The notes beneath the pieces are model-generated. The model did no database searches. It had not been told where the DNA came from and saw only the letters and a program-made list of their open reading frames with translations. From assembly GCA_903919035.1 (NCBI GenBank), contig CAIXGY010000108.1, positions 1-55,580 on the forward strand: a stretch of DNA of 55,580 nucleotides. Reading direction: 5' to 3'. The translations under genes and the position numbers were made by a program. Each line of letters opens with the position of its first letter. Position 1 is the stretch's first letter. Positions 31,529 to 40,781 of the stretch are shown here, piece by piece. This DNA comes from an uncultured Planctomycetaceae bacterium. GTDB lineage: Bacteria > Planctomycetota > Planctomycetia > Pirellulales > UBA1268.

Positions 31529-32659
31529 ATGCTCATCGATCGTTACGTCACCCGCGCGATGCTGCACGCGTTCGTGATCGTGTTCGTGAGTCTCGCGGGC
31601 CTGTATCTGGTGTTCGACGCGTTCACGAACATGGAGGAGTTCCTGGCCCACGCGGCCGAACAGGGAGGACTCGCGCGGGTGCTGGGTTCGTACTACGGCT
31701 GCCGGATGCTCTGGTTCTTCGACGCGACGAGCCCGATCGTGTCGATGGCCGCGGCGATGTTCGCCCTGTCGTGGCTGGAGCGTCACAACGAGCTCACTGC
31801 GCTCCTCGCCGCGGGCGTGACCCGCTGGCGGATCGCCCGGCCCGTGCTCGTGGTCGCGGCGGTCGTGAGCACGGCCGCGTTCGTCAACCGGGAGGCCTGT
31901 CTGCCTCGCATCCGCGGGGCCTTCGCCCGCAACGCCCAGGATCTGCGGGGCGATCGGCCTCAGCCCTTCGAGGCCCGCTACGATCACGCGACGGAGATCC
32001 TGTTCCGCGGCCGCGCCGCTCAGGCGGCCACCTGTCGCATCGAGGCCCCGAGCCTGTTGATGCCGCCGCAACTCGGCGAATACGGCACGCAGATCGACGC
32101 CGCAGAGGCGGTGTGGCGGCCAGCGACGGCGGACCACGCCGCCGGCTGGATCCTTTCGGGCGTCACCGAGCCGGCCGACGTCGACCGACTGCAGCCGCTC
32201 GTCACCGGGACGAGAACGGTGGCCTGCACGCGGGCCACGGCCCCGTGGCTGGAGCCGCGGCAGTGTTTCGTGGCCAGCGACGTCACGTTCGAGCAGATGA
32301 TCGGCTCGACCAACTGGAGCCAGTATTCCTCGACGCCCGAACTCGTGCGAGCGATCCGCAATCCGAGCCTCGGCGTGGGAGGCGACGTGCCGCTGCGGGT
32401 GCACTCCCGTTTCGTGGCTCCCCTGCTCGACATGACCCTCGTGCTGCTCGGTGTGCCACTCGTGCTCGGCCCCAGTCGCCGCGGCGTCTGGATTGCGGTG
32501 GGCATGTGCGTGGCCACCACGGTGGTGTTCTTCCTGACGGTGATGGGCGCCCAGGGCCTCGCGATGCAGGACATCTGCAGCCCCTGCATGGGCGCCTGGC
32601 TGCCGCTGCTCGTGCTCGCACCGCTCGCCGCCTGGCGGGCCCAGCCCATGTGGCAATGA
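31529..32659 (+). CDS. LptF/LptG-family LPS export permease
   Basis: MLIDRYV, RHNELTALLAAGV..WRI motif; 3+3 TM arrangement around a periplasmic domain. Confidence 0.87.
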   Translation: MLIDRYVTRAMLHAFVIVFVSLAGLYLVFDAFTNMEEFLAHAAEQGGLARVLGSYYGCRMLWFFDATSPIVSMAAAMFALSWLERHNELTALLAAGVTRWRIARPVLVVAAVVSTAAFVNREACLPRIRGAFARNAQDLRGDRPQPFEARYDHATEILFRGRAAQAATCRIEAPSLLMPPQLGEYGTQIDAAEAVWRPATADHAAGWILSGVTEPADVDRLQPLVTGTRTVACTRATAPWLEPRQCFVASDVTFEQMIGSTNWSQYSSTPELVRAIRNPSLGVGGDVPLRVHSRFVAPLLDMTLVLLGVPLVLGPSRRGVWIAVGMCVATTVVFFLTVMGAQGLAMQDICSPCMGAWLPLLVLAPLAAWRAQPMWQ

Positions 32660-32861
32660 TCCACGTGCCGTGGGCCCGCACGACCGGCACGCGCGGCACG
32701 ACCCGACGGCGCGGCAGGCTTCGCCGCATCCTCCGGGTTTCTCCAGGCCTTTTTTCTCCACGTCGTCCGCCCCGCCTGCCGATCCCTCCAGTGCGGACGG
32801 GTCGTCCGCACCGCGTGGCACAGGAACGCCCGCGGGCAAAACCGGGCGAGGGAGTGCCACC

Positions 32862-33302
32862 ATGCAGATCTTCACGACGAGATTCGGTCGCCTCGAGGTC
32901 GCCGCCGGCGACGTGATCCGGTTTCCCAGCGGACTGCCCGGACTCGAGGACTGCCGGGAATGGGCCCTGCTGGCCGACGCCGCCAACGATGCGGTGGGCT
33001 GGCTGCAGAGCGTCACCCGCGCCGAGGTGGCCCTGGCGGTGGTGAGCCCGCGACGCTTCGTGCCGGACTATCGCGTGCGGATTCCCCGCACCGAGTTGCA
33101 GCCGCTCGACCTCGCCGACATCCGCGACGCGCAGGTCGTGGTCGTGGTCGGTAAAACCGACACGACCCTCGCGCTCAATCTCAAGGCGCCGATCGTCATC
33201 AACGTCGAAACCCGCATGGGCAGGCAAGTCGTCGCCAGCGGCGACCTTCCGCTGCGTCTCGAACTCGTGCCCGGCCGACCGCCTCTCAAACGGAGTGCAT
33301 AA
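32862..33302 (+). CDS. fliW: Flagellar assembly factor / CsrA antagonist FliW
   Basis: TTRFG, I.FPSGLPGLE, WLQS, P..FVPDY, LNLKAPIVIN...GRQVV; adjacent to csrA. Confidence 0.92.
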   Translation: MQIFTTRFGRLEVAAGDVIRFPSGLPGLEDCREWALLADAANDAVGWLQSVTRAEVALAVVSPRRFVPDYRVRIPRTELQPLDLADIRDAQVVVVVGKTDTTLALNLKAPIVINVETRMGRQVVASGDLPLRLELVPGRPPLKRSA

Positions 33303-33310
33303 TCAACCTG

Positions 33311-33356
33311 ACGGAAGGCGTGGAACCGCCGGAGCCACGCCCGGATCGGGAAGGAG
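33311..33356 (+). promoter_or_regulatory. Cluster of putative CsrA-binding GGA sites in the csrA leader
   Basis: Six GGA in about 45 nt, one in hairpin GGCG-TGGAAC-CGCC and one overlapping the SD (AAGGAG). Confidence 0.5.
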
Positions 33357-33362
33357 CCAGCC

Positions 33363-33617
33363 ATGCTCGTACTCTCCAGACAACGAGACGAAAGCATCAT
33401 GATCGGCGACAGCATTGTCGTCACGATCGTCGACATTCGGGGAGACAAGGTCCGCCTCGGGATCAATGCCCCGGCGGAGGTCCCGGTGCACCGACAGGAG
33501 GTCTACGAGGCCATCCAGCGGGAAAACCACCGGGCCAGTCAGTTGCAACCCGGCGATGCTCGGGATCTCGGGAAGTTCGCCGGCCGCAGTCGGCCGGGCG
33601 ACGCCCCACGGCGCTGA
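33363..33617 (+). CDS. csrA: Carbon storage regulator CsrA, FliW-responsive type (Asn55)
   Basis: MLVLSR..ESI.IG...GDKVRLGINAP..VPVHRQEVYEAIQREN. Confidence 0.95.
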   Translation: MLVLSRQRDESIMIGDSIVVTIVDIRGDKVRLGINAPAEVPVHRQEVYEAIQRENHRASQLQPGDARDLGKFAGRSRPGDAPRR

Positions 33618-33687
33618 GCACCTGTCAACGGCCGCGCCTGCCCCGTTCGCCGACGCGCCGAGATTGCGGCCGCGCGACGGGATCGTG

Positions 33688-34269
33688 TCAGGCGTGGAAG
33701 TACGGCGGCTCGTGGCCGGCCTTCCACTTGATGTTGCACCCGATGCTCGGGACCTGATCCGGCACCGGTGGCCGGCCCGCCACGAGCGCGTCGAGCGCCG
33801 CCCGTAGGTCGCTGCCCGTCACGGGCACGTCGCTCCCGGGCCGGCTCGGATCGAGCTGGCCGCGGTAGACGAGCTTGCGTGCGGCGTCGAAAAGATAGAA
33901 GTCCGGGGTGCAGGCCGCCCGGTAGTCCTTCGCCGTCTCCTGCGTCTCGTCGTAGAGATACGGAAATGGATACCCCCGGTCCTCGGCCTCACGGACCATC
34001 TGCTCGGGCGAATCGGCCGGATGCGTGGAGACGTCGTTGGAGCTGATGGCCACGAACCCGATCCCGTGGGATTGGTAGTCGCGGCCGAGCCTCGCCAACT
34101 CGTCGGCCACGTGTTTCACGAAGGGGCAGTGGTTGCAGATGAACATCACGACGGTCCCCTTCGATCCGGCGACGGCGGCGAAGGAGAGGATGCGGCCATC
34201 CACGTTGGGCAGCGAAAAATCCGGGGCCACCGTGCCGAGCGGCAGCATCGTGCTGGGGGTGCGGACCAT
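33688..34269 (-). CDS. Thioredoxin-fold AhpC/TSA (redoxin) family protein
   Basis: FICNHCPFVKH, ACTPDF, SIGCNIKWK. Confidence 0.9.
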   Translation of the reverse strand: MVRTPSTMLPLGTVAPDFSLPNVDGRILSFAAVAGSKGTVVMFICNHCPFVKHVADELARLGRDYQSHGIGFVAISSNDVSTHPADSPEQMVREAEDRGYPFPYLYDETQETAKDYRAACTPDFYLFDAARKLVYRGQLDPSRPGSDVPVTGSDLRAALDALVAGRPPVPDQVPSIGCNIKWKAGHEPPYFHA

Positions 34270-34460
34270 GGGGATCTCCGGGGGCTCGTCGCCTGCCGTA
34301 CAGGACGGATCGCGGCACAGGCCTACAAATAGACCATGAGCCGGTCGATGGCTCCATCACCGCCGGGTTCCGGGCCGGGGGTGCGCGGTGGGCGAAGGGC
34401 CGCCCGTGCGGCAACCAGACCCTTGCCAGGCGCCGGCCGAGGGACGAAAGTATCTGCAGG

Positions 34461-36053
34461 ATGGAAACGCGACCGACATTCGCCAGCACGGCGATCGAAT
34501 TGAACGGCAAGGGCCACCCACCCCGAGTGGTCGTCATCGGTGCCGGGCCGGCCGGCCTCACGGCAGCCTACCTCCTCGCGAGGGAGGGCGTGCCGGTCAC
34601 GGTCTTGGAGTCCGATCCCGAACGCGTGGGGGGCATCTCGCGGACCGTCGTCCACCGTTCCCCGGCCTGTGGCGGGGCGGAATTTCGGTTCGACATCGGC
34701 GGGCACCGCTTCTTTTCCAAGAGCCGGGAAGTCGAGGAACTCTGGACCGAGATCCTGGGCGCGGACATGCTCGTTCGGCCCCGGCTCTCCCGCATCCTCT
34801 ACGGCGGGAAGTTCTACGCCTACCCACTGCAGGCCCGTGAGGCGATCGGCAACCTCGGCGTGTTGGAGGCGGCCCGCTGCGTCGCCAGCTACGCCTGGGC
34901 CCGCCTGTTCCCCGTGCACAATCCCCGCTCGTTCGAGGAGTGGGTCCGCAACAAGTTCGGCCGTCGCCTCTACGAGATCTTCTTCAAGACCTACACCGAG
35001 AAGGTGTGGGGCATGAGTTGCCAGGACATCTCGGCGGACTGGGCCGCGCAGCGGATCAAGGGCCTGTCGCTCTCCACCGCGGTCTGGCACGCGATCTTCC
35101 CACCCGCCGCGCCGCGGGATCGGTCGCAACAGGTGAAGACGCTGATCGGCTCGTTTCGCTATCCCCGCCTCGGGCCCGGGATGATGTGGGAAGCCGCCGC
35201 GCGGCTGACCCGAGAACTCGGCGGAGACGTCCGCCTCGGCTGCCGGGTCACGGGACTCGAGCGACTCGCCGGCGGCGGCTGGCAGGTGGCCTACACGGAC
35301 GACAAGGGGCACCGTGCCACGATCGATGCGTCGCAGGTGATCTCGTCGGCACCGCTGCGGGAACTCGTCGCCGGTTTGTCACCCGCCGCGCCGCCAGCCG
35401 CGGTCGAGGCGGCGGCGGGGCTGAAGTATCGCGACTTCCTCACCGTGGCCCTCGTCGTCCGGCCGACGAACCGCTTCGACGACAACTGGATCTACGTCCA
35501 CGAGCCCGGCGTGAAGGTGGGCCGCGTCCAGAATTTCGGCTCCTGGTCTCCCGAGATGGTGCCCGATCCGGCGCTCGCCTGCTACGGGCTCGAATACTTC
35601 TGCTTCGAGGGCGACGGGGTGTGGACGACGTCGGATTCCGACCTCGTGGCCCTGGCGACCCGGGAACTGGTGCAGTTGGGCCTTGCTCGCGCGGCCGACG
35701 TCCTCGACGGCTGCGTGGTCCGCCAGGCGAAGGCATATCCCGTCTACGACGACGACTACGCGCGGCACGTGGCCACGATCCGGGCCACGATCGAGGCGGG
35801 CTATCCGGGCCTCCACCCGGTCGGCCGCAACGGCATGCACAAATACAACAACCAGGATCATGCCATGATGACGGCGATGCTCACCGTGCGCAACATCCTC
35901 GCGGGCGAGAGCCGCTACGACGTCTGGAACGTCAACGAGGATGCCGAGTATCACGAGGAGGGCAACGCCCTGCACGGCGGCCCCGACGCCGGCGGTGCCG
36001 GCGGACTGCGGCAGGTGCCGCTCCGCATCCGGACGCCGGCCGGGGCATCCTGA
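34461..36053 (+). CDS. FAD-dependent oxidoreductase (HemY/UDP-galactopyranose mutase-like family, often found in glycan loci)
   Basis: VVIGAGPAGL, FDIGGHRFFSK, YTEKVWG, GRNGMHKYNNQDH. Confidence 0.85.
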   Translation: METRPTFASTAIELNGKGHPPRVVVIGAGPAGLTAAYLLAREGVPVTVLESDPERVGGISRTVVHRSPACGGAEFRFDIGGHRFFSKSREVEELWTEILGADMLVRPRLSRILYGGKFYAYPLQAREAIGNLGVLEAARCVASYAWARLFPVHNPRSFEEWVRNKFGRRLYEIFFKTYTEKVWGMSCQDISADWAAQRIKGLSLSTAVWHAIFPPAAPRDRSQQVKTLIGSFRYPRLGPGMMWEAAARLTRELGGDVRLGCRVTGLERLAGGGWQVAYTDDKGHRATIDASQVISSAPLRELVAGLSPAAPPAAVEAAAGLKYRDFLTVALVVRPTNRFDDNWIYVHEPGVKVGRVQNFGSWSPEMVPDPALACYGLEYFCFEGDGVWTTSDSDLVALATRELVQLGLARAADVLDGCVVRQAKAYPVYDDDYARHVATIRATIEAGYPGLHPVGRNGMHKYNNQDHAMMTAMLTVRNILAGESRYDVWNVNEDAEYHEEGNALHGGPDAGGAGGLRQVPLRIRTPAGAS

Positions 36054-36110
36054 CAAGTCCGCGTCGCAGCGTTGCGGCCGAGTCTCCGTCCGGGATATCC
36101 TCGGCCTGCT

Positions 36111-37877
36111 ATGAATTGCCTGCGCGATCTCTGGGCGGTATTGGCGAACCGGCAACGCCGTGCCGCAGGGGGCGTGTTGCTGTTGATGGTTGTCGGCACG
36201 CTGCTGGAAACCCTCAACGTCGGGATGATCCTGCCCGCGTTGGCCGTGCTGACGGGTGACTCATCAGCCGTGCCTGCCGCGCTCCGCCCCTGGATCGGAT
36301 CGGTTGGCGACGACACGACGCCCCGCGCGGTGATCCTCGTGTTGCTCGGCCTCGTCGCGGTCTATGCGGTGAAATCCGCCTACCAACTCGGCGCCGCCTA
36401 TGCGTCCACGCGGTTCGCACAGAGCGTGCAGGCCGACACGAGCAACCGGCTGTTTTCCATCTTTCTCGCCCAGCCCTGGCAGTACCACCTCCAGACCAGT
36501 TCGAGCGCGATCCAGCATGCCATCAGCGAAACGCAGCAACTCACCCTGATCTGCAATCAGGTGATCCAGGTGCTCTCGGAACTGCTCGTGCTGGCAGGGT
36601 TGCTCGTGCTCCTGCTGGTGCTGGAGCCGCTCGGCACCGTCGTGGTGGGCGGCCTGCTCGGCCTCGCCTTTTGCGTGTTCGCCGCCGTCGCGCAACCGCT
36701 GACCCGCCGCTGGGCGGCGGCCCGTCGGCAGCACGCGCGGATGTTGATCGAGCAGACCCAGCAGGCCGTGGGCGGCGCCCGCGAGGTGAAGATCAGCGGC
36801 GCGGAACAGGAATTCCTCGCCCGGTTCCGCGTCCAGGCCGACGGCGTCGCCCGCATGGCCAGCCTCAAGGCACTGGTCGAACAATGCCCGCGGCAGATCT
36901 TCGAGCTGATCGCGCTGATCGCCCTCACGGTCCTTACCGTGACCCTGGCCGCGGAGGGCCGGCCGGCCCGCTCGCTGCTGCCCATGCTCGGGCTGTTCGC
37001 CACAGTCGCCTTCCGCATGCTGCCGTCGGTCAACCACACGGCCGTGTCCATGCAGCGACTGCATCAGTACGAGCCGATCCTCCGTTCCCTGCGCACGCAC
37101 CTGGCGCTCTCGGACTCCCTGCTCCCGCCGGCACCGACCCACTCGCGGCCGTTTCGTGATCAGATCCGCATCGAGAACGTGGTCTACCGCTACCCGGGAC
37201 GGAGCGAGCCGGCGCTGCGGGGCGTCGATCTCGAGATTCCGCGGGGCGCGAAGGTCGGCATCATCGGCGGCAGCGGCGCCGGCAAGAGCACGCTCGTGGA
37301 CGTCCTCCTCGGCCTGCTCGTGCCGTCCCAGGGCCGCGTGACCGTCGACGGCGTCGACGTCCACGACGACGTGCGTGGTTGGCAGTGGACCATCGGCTAC
37401 GTGCCACAGACGATCTACCTGGCCGACGACACCATCCGGCGCAACGTGGCATTCGGCGTTCCGGAGCGCTGCATCGACGACGACGCCGTCCGCCGCGCAT
37501 TGGCGGCCGCCCGCCTCGACGAATTCGTCGCCGACATGCCCGCCGGCATCGAGACGAGCGCCGGCGAGTGGGGCGCGGGGCTTTCCGGCGGCCAGCGTCA
37601 GCGGATCGGGATCGCCCGCGCCCTCTACATCGACCCGCAGCTGCTGGTGCTCGACGAGGCGACCAGCAGCCTCGACGGTGACACCGAACGCGAGGTGATG
37701 GCGGCGGTCGACGCGTTGCACGGCACCAAGACGCTCGTGATCGTGGCGCACCGATTGAGTACGGTGGCGAACTGCGACATCATCTACCGGGTCGAGGGGG
37801 GACGGGTGGTCAAGTCCGGCGCCTTTGCGGAGGTCGTGCCAGCCGGGGCCGGGGCGACGCAGGCCGACCTCGGGTGA
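36111..37877 (+). CDS. ABC transporter fused permease/ATPase (PglK/MsbA-like flippase)
   Basis: N-terminal TM bundle, GGSGAGKST, LSGGQRQRIGIARALY, LDEATSSLD, VAHRL. Confidence 0.9.
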   Translation: MNCLRDLWAVLANRQRRAAGGVLLLMVVGTLLETLNVGMILPALAVLTGDSSAVPAALRPWIGSVGDDTTPRAVILVLLGLVAVYAVKSAYQLGAAYASTRFAQSVQADTSNRLFSIFLAQPWQYHLQTSSSAIQHAISETQQLTLICNQVIQVLSELLVLAGLLVLLLVLEPLGTVVVGGLLGLAFCVFAAVAQPLTRRWAAARRQHARMLIEQTQQAVGGAREVKISGAEQEFLARFRVQADGVARMASLKALVEQCPRQIFELIALIALTVLTVTLAAEGRPARSLLPMLGLFATVAFRMLPSVNHTAVSMQRLHQYEPILRSLRTHLALSDSLLPPAPTHSRPFRDQIRIENVVYRYPGRSEPALRGVDLEIPRGAKVGIIGGSGAGKSTLVDVLLGLLVPSQGRVTVDGVDVHDDVRGWQWTIGYVPQTIYLADDTIRRNVAFGVPERCIDDDAVRRALAAARLDEFVADMPAGIETSAGEWGAGLSGGQRQRIGIARALYIDPQLLVLDEATSSLDGDTEREVMAAVDALHGTKTLVIVAHRLSTVANCDIIYRVEGGRVVKSGAFAEVVPAGAGATQADLG

Positions 37878-37896
37878 CACGGGGCGTCCCGCGGCG

Positions 37897-38676
37897 TCAG
37901 GCTTCCGTCAGCCGGAACACCCGCCGCGCGTTGGCCGTCGTTGCCGCGGCCACCGCGTCGAGCGACTCGCCCCGGGCCAGCGCGAGGCACCGGGCCGTGT
38001 GGACGACGTTCGCCGGCTCGTTCCGCCGGCCCCGGAGCGGCTCCGGGGAGAGGAACGGGCTGTCGGTCTCCACGAGCAGCCGGTCGAGCGGCACCGTCTT
38101 CGCAACATCGCGGAGCGCCGTGGACGACCGGAACGTCACCATGCCGGCGAACCCCAGGCAGCAGCCGAGATCGACGGCCTCGGCGGCCTCGGCGGCCGTG
38201 CCGGTGAAGGAGTGGAGCAGTGGCACGAGCGGCCCGCGGGCGACGGCCTCGCGGAGCATGTCGAGCACGTCGCGGGTGCTTTCTCGCGTATGAATGACGA
38301 CGGGCAGCCCGTGCCGCTGCGCGAGCCGGAGGTGCCGGTCGAAGAACTCCCGCTGGAGTTCGCGCGGAGCGGTCGTGCGGTACCAGTCGAGTCCGGTTTC
38401 CCCCACCGCCGCCGCTCGGCCGGCAGCCACGAGTCGCTCGACCCGATCCCACTCGTCAATGCCGACCTCGGCGACGTCGTTGGGGTGCAGGCCGGCCGCC
38501 GCGACGATGCCCGGCTCCCGGGCTGCGAGATCGGACGCGGCCTCGCTGTCGGTCGCCCGGGTGCCGATCACCGCGAGTCCCGTCACGCCCGCCGTCCGCG
38601 CCCGCGCGAGCACGGCGTTGAGGTCCGCCCCGTAGCGCATCGGGTCAAGATGGCAATGACTGTCGAAGAACTGCAT
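37897..38676 (-). CDS. tatD: TatD-family hydrolase/DNase
   Basis: FDSHCHL, GLHP, VGETGLDWY, IHTRE, LHSF, ETDSPFLSP. Confidence 0.93.
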   Translation of the reverse strand: MQFFDSHCHLDPMRYGADLNAVLARARTAGVTGLAVIGTRATDSEAASDLAAREPGIVAAAGLHPNDVAEVGIDEWDRVERLVAAGRAAAVGETGLDWYRTTAPRELQREFFDRHLRLAQRHGLPVVIHTRESTRDVLDMLREAVARGPLVPLLHSFTGTAAEAAEAVDLGCCLGFAGMVTFRSSTALRDVAKTVPLDRLLVETDSPFLSPEPLRGRRNEPANVVHTARCLALARGESLDAVAAATTANARRVFRLTEA

Positions 38677-38699
38677 CGTCGGGCCACTTCCGGCCGGCG

Positions 38700-39140
38700 T
38701 CAGCCGGGCTGGCCGGCCAGTCCGGCCCGCAATCGCGCAGCCAGGTCGGCGAGCCGGTCGGTGTGCCGACGCGTGGTAGCCGCGGCCTGGGTCGCCAGTT
38801 CGCGGGCCGCGGCGTCGTCCTGGGTGGCGGCGATGCAGTCGAGTTCGCCCAGTTGCCTCCGCAGGCCGTCGAGCAGTCGGGGCATGAGGGCGGCCAGGTC
38901 GGAATCGTGCCAGCCCGTGAAGGCGAGCGGGTAGCCGGGTCGCGGCACGGCCACCTCGCGATCCGCGAGAATCTCCGCCGCACGGGCGACAACGTCCTTG
39001 TGGGCGGCCGCCAGATCCCCGAGGACCCTCCGCACGTCGTCGGGGCCGGGGTAGGTCGTGAGCCCGCAATCGGCGAGATACATGACCGCCGAGGAGTCGA
39101 GCACGGCGACGAGACGGGCGAGTTGGTCGATGGCGGGCAT
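38700..39140 (-). CDS. Hypothetical helical (ferritin-like?) protein
   Basis: Fills the gap between nuoN and tatD in the same orientation with 11-bp and 23-bp spacers; AGGAG RBS; amphipathic helices. Confidence 0.7.
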   Translation of the reverse strand: MPAIDQLARLVAVLDSSAVMYLADCGLTTYPGPDDVRRVLGDLAAAHKDVVARAAEILADREVAVPRPGYPLAFTGWHDSDLAALMPRLLDGLRRQLGELDCIAATQDDAAARELATQAAATTRRHTDRLADLAARLRAGLAGQPG

Positions 39141-39151
39141 GTGTCTCGCTC

Positions 39152-40756
39152 CTACTGCACCAGGCCGCCGGCACGGAGGGCGGCGTCGTACAGGCCCGAC
39201 CAGAAGACGCCCAACACCAGCACCGGCACCGCAAGCGCCGTCACGACCGCGCCGGGCAGCGACACGAGCGGGAATGGCTCGTCCCCTCGTTCGGCTGGCG
39301 GATCGAAGGTCATGACCTTCAGCACGCGGAGGTAGTAGAAGAGGCTGATGACGGTGTTGAGCCCTCCCACCACGAGCAGCACGAGCATGAGGGGCGACTC
39401 GGTGCCGGCCCGGATCGCCTGGACGAGCGCCGAGAAGATCAGGAACTTGGCGACGAAGCCGGCCAGTGGCGGCAGGCCGATGAGGCTCACGAGCACGACA
39501 GCCGTCGCCACGACGATGCCGGGACTCGACCGCACGAGCCCCGCATAGGCCGAAATCTCCTCGCTTCGCAGCCTGTTGCGCAGGAGGGCCACGATCGCGA
39601 ACGCTGCGAGGTTCATGAACAGGTAGGTGCCGAGGTAGAACGCCAGGGCGGCCACGGCGTCGCGGGCCGGGCCGCCACCGACGCCCTGGAGAGCGAGGGC
39701 CGCCGCCCCACCCATCATGAGATAGCCGGCGTGGGCGATCGTCGAATACGCGAGCAGCCGCTTCATGTTCGTCTGCCCGTAGGCGGCGAGGTTGCCGAGC
39801 GTGCAGGTCACGGCGGCCATGGCGGCCACGAGATACACGACGAACTGCCTGACGTTCGCGAGGCCCGATGCAAACTCGGGGCCCGCAGCCGCGATCGCCG
39901 GATCACCGAGCGCGAGGCCCACCCTCAGGAGCAGGGCCAGGGCCGCGGCCTTGCTCGCGACCGACAAAAACGCCCCCACCTCGGCGGCGGCCCCTTCGAA
40001 AACGTCGGGACACCAGAAGTGGAACGGCACGGCCGACAGCTTGAACGCCAGCCCTGCGGCCACCATCAGGCCACCGAGCACGAGCACCAGCGTGGGGGCG
40101 CCGGGCGACCCGACCACCCGGGCAAGTTCCGCGGCGACGCTCGGCAGGTGGCAGACGCCGAGGACGCCGGCCAACAGGCTGATTCCGTAGAGCATGATCC
40201 CGGCCGCACCGGCACCGTACACGGCGTACTTGAGGGCGGCCTCGGAGGCGGCCTTTCGCCCCTTGAGAATGCCGGCGAGGGCGTATGACGGCACGCTCGC
40301 CATTTCCACCGCCATGAAGATGGTGAGCAGATGGTTGGCCGATGCCATGAGGCACATGCCGAGCGTGGCCCCGATCACGAGCGTGTAGAAGTCGGCGCCG
40401 TCCTCGCGATCGGGGATTCCCGAGACCTTCGTGAACACGACGTACATGACCAGGAAGCCACCCAGCAGGAGCCGGATCCAACACGTGAGCGAGTCGACCA
40501 CGAGCAGACCGCCGAAGAGCTCGACCGGGGCGGCGCCGGCCGCGAGGCCCCGAAAATCGACCCAGGCATACCAGGTGGCGAACGCCACACCCCCCAGGGC
40601 CACGATCCCCGAATCCAGCCAGCGGAGCACCGGCAGCATTCGGCACAGAAGCACGAGCACGACCGTCGCCGCGAGGGCGAGCTCCACGCGGAAGTGCGGC
40701 AACGACACGCCGAGCGTGTCGGAGAGCGTGCCGGTGAGGAGGGCGCCGAGATCCAC
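39152..40756 (-). CDS. nuoN: NADH-quinone oxidoreductase subunit N
   Basis: SEAALKY, FKLSAVPFHFWCPDVFEGA, KRLLAYSTIAHAGY, GLPPLAGFVAKF. Confidence 0.95.
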   Translation of the reverse strand: MDLGALLTGTLSDTLGVSLPHFRVELALAATVVLVLLCRMLPVLRWLDSGIVALGGVAFATWYAWVDFRGLAAGAAPVELFGGLLVVDSLTCWIRLLLGGFLVMYVVFTKVSGIPDREDGADFYTLVIGATLGMCLMASANHLLTIFMAVEMASVPSYALAGILKGRKAASEAALKYAVYGAGAAGIMLYGISLLAGVLGVCHLPSVAAELARVVGSPGAPTLVLVLGGLMVAAGLAFKLSAVPFHFWCPDVFEGAAAEVGAFLSVASKAAALALLLRVGLALGDPAIAAAGPEFASGLANVRQFVVYLVAAMAAVTCTLGNLAAYGQTNMKRLLAYSTIAHAGYLMMGGAAALALQGVGGGPARDAVAALAFYLGTYLFMNLAAFAIVALLRNRLRSEEISAYAGLVRSSPGIVVATAVVLVSLIGLPPLAGFVAKFLIFSALVQAIRAGTESPLMLVLLVVGGLNTVISLFYYLRVLKVMTFDPPAERGDEPFPLVSLPGAVVTALAVPVLVLGVFWSGLYDAALRAGGLVQ

Positions 40757-40781
40757 GGTGGGGTTCCTGTGACTGGTGCGG

